Shown here piece after piece: positions 19,354-25,388 of a DNA stretch of 32,000 nucleotides (positions are counted from its first letter, which is position 1; every line of letters begins with the position of its first letter). The stretch covers positions 10,030 through 42,029 of the forward strand of contig JAHCMI010000078.1 of the NCBI GenBank assembly GCA_019192545.1, written 5' to 3'. The notes beneath the pieces are model-generated. The model worked only from the letters and a program-made list of their open reading frames with translations. It ran no database searches and was not told the DNA's origin. Source of the DNA: Rivularia sp. MS3. GTDB taxonomy: Bacteria > Cyanobacteriota > Cyanobacteriia > Cyanobacteriales > Nostocaceae. The position numbers and the translations under genes were made by a program.

Positions 19354-19464
19354 TTTTGTTTAATTATTTGAGAGTATTAAATCTTACAAATCACCTTAAA
19401 TAAATGTCATTAACACCTTACTATAAGCACAGAATTAATCTATGACGAATGAAAAATTACTTTA

Positions 19465-19809
19465 ATGGAAGCACAGCCACGAGAAATTAGGAATTATCAA
19501 ACCGTTAATGGAAAAGAACCTTTTGATGAATGGCTTAATTCACTGCGAGATATTCAAGTACGAGTCAAAATAGAGAAAAGACTTAGCCGTGTTGCAGAGG
19601 GTAATTTAGGAAATGATCGTTCAGTAGGAAATGGTGTTTGCGAACTAAAAATTAATTATGGTGCAGGATATCGAGTGTATTTTGGACAAATAGGCTCGGA
19701 AATTATACTCCTTCTGTGTGGTGGAGATAAAAGCACTCAACAACAAGATATTCAAAAAGCAAAGGAATACTGGGAAGATTATGAAAGACGTGAAAGCAGC
19801 GACAAGTAA
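19465..19809 (+). CDS. Type II toxin, addiction-module killer protein (TIGR02683-type; RelE/ParE superfamily, HigB-like)
   Basis: 114 aa. FDEWLNSLRD...RVKIEKRLSRVAEGNLGNDRSVGNGVCELKINYGAGYRVYFGQIGSEIILLLCGGDKSTQQQDIQKAKEY matches the canonical killer-protein pattern (..GVsELRidyGpGYRvYF...g..iiLLlcGGdKssQ..DI..A). Confidence 0.88.
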   Translation: MEAQPREIRNYQTVNGKEPFDEWLNSLRDIQVRVKIEKRLSRVAEGNLGNDRSVGNGVCELKINYGAGYRVYFGQIGSEIILLLCGGDKSTQQQDIQKAKEYWEDYERRESSDK

Positions 19810-20101
19810 TAGTTATAGAGAATCTCTCATCAATTCTCTCAAAGATTCCGAACACGCTGCGGCGTACATCGCAGTAATGTTGGAATTAGATGAAGATGGT
19901 TACGACGCTAAAATTTTTCGTTCCGCTTTAGAAGAAGTTGTCGAAGCAAGAAAACGCAGCGATGATTTTTCTCAAACAGCGCAACAAAATTACGAACAAC
20001 TCGATAAAATACTGGCTGAAACTGGTGGTGCGGAAATTCTGAAGTTGATTGAATTTTTAGATGCTTTGGGTTATCGGATTGCTCTATTTGATAAAGATTG
20101 A
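19781..20101 (+). CDS. Cognate antitoxin, addiction-module antidote protein (TIGR02684-type, HigA-like)
   Basis: I prefer ATG 19781 (MKDVKAATSNSYRESL...), which overlaps the toxin 3' end by 29 nt. Pattern AAAYIAVMLELDEDGYDAKIFRSALEEV...LIEFLDALGYRIAL. Toxin-first gene order is typical of this family. Confidence 0.8.
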   Translation: MKDVKAATSNSYRESLINSLKDSEHAAAYIAVMLELDEDGYDAKIFRSALEEVVEARKRSDDFSQTAQQNYEQLDKILAETGGAEILKLIEFLDALGYRIALFDKD

Positions 20102-20220
20102 TTTATGGAAGTTATGGTAATTATTTGTTGGAGAATATCAGCAATTTAGTACGTCTTTCTCCGGAATAGCTGTTGTCGAGCTAGAATCTAACAGTATTAT
20201 TACTGTTGACTAAGTGATTT

Positions 20221-20640
20221 ATGGAACATTTAACCGCTGCTACTATCGCGACTCTCGCTTTTAGAAAAGCCTTTGAAAAGAGTATTGATAAGATTACAGA
20301 AGCTACTTGGAATAAGATTAACAATTTGCGTGAGAAGATTTGGCAGAAGTTACGGGGTAATTTGGAAGCTGAAAAAGCTTTAGCTGCTGCTGAAAAAGCT
20401 TCTAAACCAGATTTAGATTTGGTTGCTGGGTATTTAAAGCAAGAAATGGAATGGGATGATAATTTTACTCAAGAAGTGCAAACTCTAGCGCGTGAGATTC
20501 AGCAAGATATTGATATTAATACAATTCAAGGGCAGAACGTGCAGAATGTCTACGGTGGAGAAGCCGAACAAAATAATGCTAACAATACCAACGCTCCAGT
20601 AATTCAAGGTGGTAGCGGACACAATATTACGTTCAATTGA
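20221..20640 (+). CDS. 139-aa helical N-terminal module with a G/N/Q-rich tail; in frame with the downstream NB-ARC ORF and separated from it by one TGA
   Basis: MEHLTAATIATLAFRKAFEK... is a hydrophobic/amphipathic first helix, followed by helical heptad-like sequence. The tail is IQGQNVQNVYGGEAEQNNANNTNAPVIQGGSGHNITFN, then TGA at 20638-20640. Both 20221 and 20695 have coordinates of the form 3n+1, so they share a frame. Confidence 0.6.
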   Translation: MEHLTAATIATLAFRKAFEKSIDKITEATWNKINNLREKIWQKLRGNLEAEKALAAAEKASKPDLDLVAGYLKQEMEWDDNFTQEVQTLAREIQQDIDINTIQGQNVQNVYGGEAEQNNANNTNAPVIQGGSGHNITFN

Positions 20641-20694
20641 CTACAGCCGTCGGTACGGGAACCGACAAAGTTTAATCCCATCAAATCTATTCCT

Positions 20695-22017
20695 GTGCGT
20701 GGTGTCGCTCGTTTTGTGGGACGACAGCAGGAACTCATCATGCTGCACAAACACTTGCAAAACACCGCTACAGTGGCGATTTCGGCTGTAGCTGGAATGG
20801 GCGGTGTAGGTAAAACTGAGTTAGCGACGCAATACACAAACCAACATGAAGCAGATTATCCGGGGGGTATTTGCTGGTTAAATGCTAGGGAAACCAATTT
20901 AGCAGCAGAAATTATTCAAATTTTTCAGCTACATACAAATCTTCAAGTACCGCAAAAGGTAGCGGGAAAACCCCTAACTTTACAAAAACAAGTAGAGTGG
21001 TGTTGGCAGAATTGGCAACCAGCAGAAGGTTTGGTGTTGTTGGTATTTGATGATGTTACCGATTTAGATAATTTTCGCCAGGTATTATCAACCGCTAACC
21101 GCTTCCGGATATTGCTAACAACCCGATTGCGAAATCTTGACGCTAACATTCAGGAAATATCCCTGGATGCCTTATCACCAAATGACGCTTTGCTACTTTT
21201 GAAAGCTTTGGTAGGTGAAAGAGCTAATTGTGCATCAGAATTATGTGAATGGCTGGGTTATCTTCCTTTAGGTTTGGAATTAGTTGGACGCTATTTACGA
21301 GAAGATCCCGATTTATCGGTAGCGCAAATGTTGCAAAGACTAAAAGATAAGCGACTCGAAGACGAAGCGTTGCAACATTCAGCAAAATCTTTGAGTACCG
21401 CACAGCTAGGGGTACAAGCAGCATTTGAATTAACCTGGCAAAAATTAGATGCAAATACTCAAACTATCGCGCAGTTTTTAAGTTTGTTTGCACTTGATGT
21501 TATTCCTTGGGAATTTGTAGAAAGGGGAATTTTCTCTTTAGATGTTCTGGACAAGGAAGTAAATCAAGCCAAAAAACAACTTTATAAACGGAACTTAATT
21601 CAAAGGCTGGAACAGGGAGAAGCTTGCTACAAAATTCATCCTTTAATTCGGGAGTTTTTGCAATCGAAGTTAGGGAATAACTCCAATAAAAACGATTTTA
21701 AACAAGCCTTTGCAGCAATATTTCTAGAAATTGCCCAGCAAATACCACAATCTCTTACTCTTGAAGATATTGATTCAGTGCAACTCGCAATACCTCATTT
21801 AGCAGAAGTAGCAGAAAATCATCCCTCCACCGCTACGAGCTTGAACAACTTGGCAGGAATTTACGATTCCCAAGGACGTTACGATGAAGCCGAACGCCTA
21901 TATATCCAAGCTTTAGAAATATGCGAAAAAATATTAGGTGAAAATCACACTACAACTAAAATAGTTTGTAAAAATATAGAAATCATGCAGCGAGAAAGAA
22001 ACAAGAAAAAACCTTAG
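20695..22017 (+). CDS. STAND NTPase, NB-ARC (AP-ATPase) domain with a collapsed C-terminal TPR region; possibly the 3' part of a disrupted or readthrough gene 20221-22017
   Basis: Contains Walker A (GMGGVGKTELA), Walker B (LVLLVFDDV), RILLTTR, and the GxP/helical-domain motif WLGYLPLGLELVG. Only about 1.5 TPR units are present (ATSLNNLAGIYDSQGRYDEAERLYIQALEICEKILGENH). The 18 codons upstream (20641-20694) are open, and the conserved entry motif (NPIKSIPVRGVARFVGRQQEL) straddles the predicted GTG start. There is no SD. Confidence 0.85.
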   Translation: MRGVARFVGRQQELIMLHKHLQNTATVAISAVAGMGGVGKTELATQYTNQHEADYPGGICWLNARETNLAAEIIQIFQLHTNLQVPQKVAGKPLTLQKQVEWCWQNWQPAEGLVLLVFDDVTDLDNFRQVLSTANRFRILLTTRLRNLDANIQEISLDALSPNDALLLLKALVGERANCASELCEWLGYLPLGLELVGRYLREDPDLSVAQMLQRLKDKRLEDEALQHSAKSLSTAQLGVQAAFELTWQKLDANTQTIAQFLSLFALDVIPWEFVERGIFSLDVLDKEVNQAKKQLYKRNLIQRLEQGEACYKIHPLIREFLQSKLGNNSNKNDFKQAFAAIFLEIAQQIPQSLTLEDIDSVQLAIPHLAEVAENHPSTATSLNNLAGIYDSQGRYDEAERLYIQALEICEKILGENHTTTKIVCKNIEIMQRERNKKKP

Positions 22018-22044
22018 TGGAAGCGACTTTTTGGTTAATAAGAG

Positions 22045-22090
22045 CTCTCTCTTCTTCTCTTCCTCTGCGCTCTCTGCGTCTCTGCGGTTT
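22045..22090 (+). repeat. Dispersed CT-rich (CTCTGCG)n repeat element, copy 1
   Basis: CTCTCTCTTCTTCTCTTCCTCTGCGCTCTCTGCGTCTCTGCGGTTT. Related copies lie at 29469-29520 (same orientation) and 27747-27786 (inverted). Confidence 0.7.
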
Positions 22091-22119
22091 ATTATTCATT
22101 AGTTTAAAAATTAACAGAT

Positions 22120-22185
22120 GGTGCGTGACGGTATTTTCAAATGATTTCGTTAAAGTTGATAAATTATCGTCACCGTCACAGCACC
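22120..22185. repeat. Imperfect inverted repeat (13-bp arms with one bulge, 39-nt loop), hairpin or MITE-like module
   Basis: GGTGCGTGACGGT (22120-22132) pairs with ACCGTCACAGCACC (22172-22185). It lies between the convergent STAND and histidine kinase genes, so it may act as a bidirectional terminator. Confidence 0.55.
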
Positions 22186-22197
22186 CTACAAAAAACC

Positions 22198-22225
22198 AAT
22201 GCCCAATGCCCTATGCCCAATTCCC
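22198..22225. repeat. STRR-like heptamer tandem repeat (AATGCCC-type, 4 units)
   Basis: aatgccc aatgccc tatgccc aattccc, abutting the histidine kinase stop codon. Confidence 0.7.
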
Positions 22226-23616
22226 TAAACCGGCAAACAAACTGTAAAAATACTACCTTCACTCAATTTAGAACGCACGGAAACTTTACCACCCATTCCT
22301 TCAACTAATGTCTTAACTATCGATAATCCTAAACCAGTTCCACCAGCACGATTGCGGGCTTCATCTATTCGGTAAAAGCGCTCAAATATCCGCGATTGAT
22401 GTTGTAAGGGTATGCCATAACCTACGTCGCAAACTTGAACGCATCCCTCGTCTTCTTTACGAGTTAATTTTAAGGTAATTGGTGTTCCTGGTTCGGAATA
22501 TTTAACAGCATTGTCTATTAAGTTAAGCAATATTTGTTTGAGACGAGCATAGTCTGCTTTGACTTCAATTATTTCTGTTGAAGCTTCAATTTGAATATCT
22601 CTTTCGCTGCATTTATCAGCCATGTCTACAGCTTCGATAACTACATCATTTAAAACACAGTTTTCTATATTTAAATGTAAATTACCGTGGTCTGCTCTGG
22701 CTAACTCCAACAAATCTTGTAATAAACTGATGGTATTATCTGCTTCCGATGCGGCAGTTTCTAAAGCTTCTTTTTGGATTTCTGTTAAGTTCTGCTGTCT
22801 TCTTAATATACTTTGTAAGTAACCGTGGACTATTGTTAAAGGAGTGCGTAATTCGTGGGATACGTTACTGACAAATTGACGTTCTTTTTCCCAGGAATCG
22901 GAAAGACGAGCCAGCATCATATTACAGGTTTGGGCTAACTGTTTAACTTCACTTGGTGCTTTGTCTAAATACAGTTGTGCTTTTCCTAAATCGTCAGCAG
23001 AAATGACTTCTGTCATTTGACTTAGTTGACGTAAAGGTTTTAAAGAGCGCTGGATATAAACAGCAATTGCGCCCGCCATGATGACAATTACTAAAACGCT
23101 GGTAACACCTACACCTTGCATCATTGCGACAAACATTGTTTGGTCGCGGGTGATATCTTGGGCTACTAAAATCTTACCGATTACTTTTCCCTGGATGCTC
23201 AAATCATCGCTACATAATACATAATAACGATTATCAATTTGGATAACTTTTGGTTTGATTCGTACTTTTGTAAAAGCAATTAATCGATTTTTGTCCGAGT
23301 TAGATGAGGTCATCAATGTATTAGATTTAGCTAATACTTGATTATCTAAACCTTCGACCCATAACAATGCATTATTAATCTTGAAATTATTAATTGCTTC
23401 AGAAATTGCTTTTTCTTCCGAACCCATTTTACTTAACATTTCAACATCGCGAGGAATTGTTGTAGCGATTTCTTCAATATTTTTTTTATGATTTTCAATC
23501 AGTATTCGCTGCATTCTCCAACCAGTCCAAGAAGCAAGACTTCCCAAACCTAGAATTGAAAAGGCTGCGACACCAGCCGTTAAACGTAATCTTAATGAAT
23601 TAAAGTCGAATTTCAT
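22225..23616 (-). CDS. Sensor histidine kinase (2 TM + periplasmic loop + HAMP + HisKA + HATPase_c)
   Basis: 463 aa. H-box SHELRTPLT, N-box LLNLIDNAVKYS, G-boxes DVGYGIP and GTGLGLSIV. No response regulator gene is present anywhere in the window. Confidence 0.92.
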   Translation of the reverse strand: MKFDFNSLRLRLTAGVAAFSILGLGSLASWTGWRMQRILIENHKKNIEEIATTIPRDVEMLSKMGSEEKAISEAINNFKINNALLWVEGLDNQVLAKSNTLMTSSNSDKNRLIAFTKVRIKPKVIQIDNRYYVLCSDDLSIQGKVIGKILVAQDITRDQTMFVAMMQGVGVTSVLVIVIMAGAIAVYIQRSLKPLRQLSQMTEVISADDLGKAQLYLDKAPSEVKQLAQTCNMMLARLSDSWEKERQFVSNVSHELRTPLTIVHGYLQSILRRQQNLTEIQKEALETAASEADNTISLLQDLLELARADHGNLHLNIENCVLNDVVIEAVDMADKCSERDIQIEASTEIIEVKADYARLKQILLNLIDNAVKYSEPGTPITLKLTRKEDEGCVQVCDVGYGIPLQHQSRIFERFYRIDEARNRAGGTGLGLSIVKTLVEGMGGKVSVRSKLSEGSIFTVCLPV

Positions 23617-23623
23617 ATAAAAT

Positions 23624-23665
23624 TTAGTAGTTAGTAGTTAGTAGTTAGTGTTTAGTTATTAGTTT
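23624..23665. repeat. STRR-like heptamer tandem repeat (TTAGTAG, 3 perfect and 3 degenerate units)
   Basis: Read directly, starting 8 nt upstream of the histidine kinase start codon. Confidence 0.8.
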
Positions 23666-23820
23666 TTATAGAAATTAAAAAATTATATAATAAATAGTTA
23701 ATTATCAGCTATCAATAGTCATTGGTAATTATTCACTAATAGTTGATAACTGATAACTGTATGTCCCTCCGGGACAAGCTGAGCCACACGCTCCGCGTAA
23801 ACGCTAACACTGCTCGCTGT

Positions 23821-24531
23821 TCACTGTCCAGAGCAGGTTTTATTTACAAAGTCGCATTGAAAGACAAAAGGTTTCTGCCAACTTAAAGGAATTTCTAATA
23901 AATCTCTTACTCCTGTCATACCTTGTCCGATAAATAATAATAAAGCAAAAGTATTAACAACCGTGTGGATAATGCGCCATTTGTTGGACTTATCGCGATA
24001 AATTTCTGGTACGATTGCGAGGGAGAAAACCATCAGTAAAGATGCAGCTATTCCGTAATAATAATGCGACCAATACCATTCATTTGTACGTCGAAAAACT
24101 CCATCCTGGCAACCTAATATAACTATACCCATTCCTGTTAAGGTTGCAAAAATCGCTCTCCACTTTTTCTCTTTAGCTTTGTAGAGAAACACTAAAGAAG
24201 CGATGGTGGCAGCGAATAATAAAAAAATAAAAATCACTTGAAAAGGTGATTTACTCAACAATTCTTGTTTGATAATATTTTCTACAATTGGGTGTCCTAC
24301 ACCTAGTAAAGTTAATCCGACAACCGAACCCGTTAACCAATCTCCTAAACGTTTATGCTCTGCTCCAGAAACTGCGGGGATTTTGCTTTTAACTTTAGCT
24401 TTGGTTTGCAAACGACGCTGACGAGCAGCCCATGCGAAGTTTACTACATTACCGATGAGAGGAAATACAAAAATAACTGCGATCGCTGGATGTATGAGCG
24501 TAACAAAATCTGATGCGTTTAATAAGTTCAT
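23821..24531 (-). CDS. DUF4079 family integral membrane protein (possibly b-type cytochrome-like)
   Basis: 236 aa with at least 5 predicted TM helices. The N-terminus TLIHPAIAVIFVFPLIG resembles DUF4079 proteins as I remember them. Histidines lie at or near helix starts (H14, H59, H156, H189). Confidence 0.7.
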   Translation of the reverse strand: MNLLNASDFVTLIHPAIAVIFVFPLIGNVVNFAWAARQRRLQTKAKVKSKIPAVSGAEHKRLGDWLTGSVVGLTLLGVGHPIVENIIKQELLSKSPFQVIFIFLLFAATIASLVFLYKAKEKKWRAIFATLTGMGIVILGCQDGVFRRTNEWYWSHYYYGIAASLLMVFSLAIVPEIYRDKSNKWRIIHTVVNTFALLLFIGQGMTGVRDLLEIPLSWQKPFVFQCDFVNKTCSGQ

Positions 24532-24593
24532 CTTCTTGTCTAAGCCTTGTAGTTAATGATTGAGGAGGAGCGATTACAACAGTGTCTGTACTT

Positions 24594-25064
24594 TTATGCT
24601 TTTAAAACTGCATAACCGAATGTAGCGTTAAACTTACGACACCAAATTGCTACAGATTTGAAGTTTGACACGTCCACATTTTCCGGAATTTCGTATTTTT
24701 GAGCGCCGCTTGTACTTTTCAAAGGAGCAATAGCTGTATAATCAGCTTCTTTAATTCCGGTGATTGGTAATTTGTCATCTTTGTGCAAAATTACAAATAA
24801 ATCTGGCCCGTTATCGGATTTGAATTTTTGATCGAATTGAATATATTTCTTACCGTTTTCAGTAATAATACTGGCTGTTCCTTTGGTTGGATGCTCTGCG
24901 TCGATGAAAGCACCTGAAGACTGTACGTCACCAGCAGCAGGAGTTTCTGCAACCGTCTCTGCTTGGGGTTGAGTTTCTGACTGTTGCGATTGAGATTCTA
25001 CATTTCCACAACCTACACTTATTAGAGCAACAATACTTAGAACGGCTGCATATTTAAATTTCAT
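24594..25064 (-). CDS. DM13 domain-containing lipoprotein
   Basis: 156 aa. Lipobox LISVG|C. DM13-type core GTASIITENGKKYIQFDQKFKSDNGPDLFVILH...SVAIWCRKFNATFGYAVL, including the conserved cysteine. Confidence 0.78.
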   Translation of the reverse strand: MKFKYAAVLSIVALISVGCGNVESQSQQSETQPQAETVAETPAAGDVQSSGAFIDAEHPTKGTASIITENGKKYIQFDQKFKSDNGPDLFVILHKDDKLPITGIKEADYTAIAPLKSTSGAQKYEIPENVDVSNFKSVAIWCRKFNATFGYAVLKA

Positions 25065-25388
25065 TGCGGTGTCCTCTAATTCGTCTATGAGTACACTTTA
25101 GGGCTTAGTTCTCATAGATAAATTAATAGAAGCTGAGAAGTTGTTGAAAATTAGACTAAATTTACAACTTTATTTCTAATCTTGTTTTAATCCAAACTTA
25201 TGCAAATAAACCTATATTAAACCTTAACTGAAAACAATCTTAAGTTAGGTGATATTACTCACGCAAGCACATATTGTTTTTTTAAAATTATATTAAGTAA
25301 TGTAACGAGGAGAATTTTGATTTTAGACTAATTTGTCTAAAAAGCAAAATTCAAGATTGATTCATCTACCAATTATCGGAATATAACA

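Noticed and set aside
19126-20076. Diversity-generating retroelement (template/variable repeat pair) as an explanation for the duplicated 203-bp segment
   Set aside because: The mismatches are not adenine-specific (A/G, G/C, C/T, T/C, C/T, A/G). There is no reverse transcriptase in the window, and both copies are antitoxin coding sequence.
20638-20666. Selenocysteine insertion at the in-frame TGA, with the downstream hairpin as a SECIS element
   Set aside because: The hairpin has only 6 bp and lacks the extended SECIS-like stem and loop. To my knowledge cyanobacteria generally lack the sel machinery, and a linker position is not a plausible catalytic Sec site. Readthrough or pseudogenisation are the better explanations.
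22017-22247. 76-aa ORF after the STAND gene; the same reasoning applies to 6344-6538 and 7465-7677
   Set aside because: These reading frames run through dispersed repeats, heptamer arrays or terminator hairpins, which are typical spurious ORFs generated by repeat DNA.
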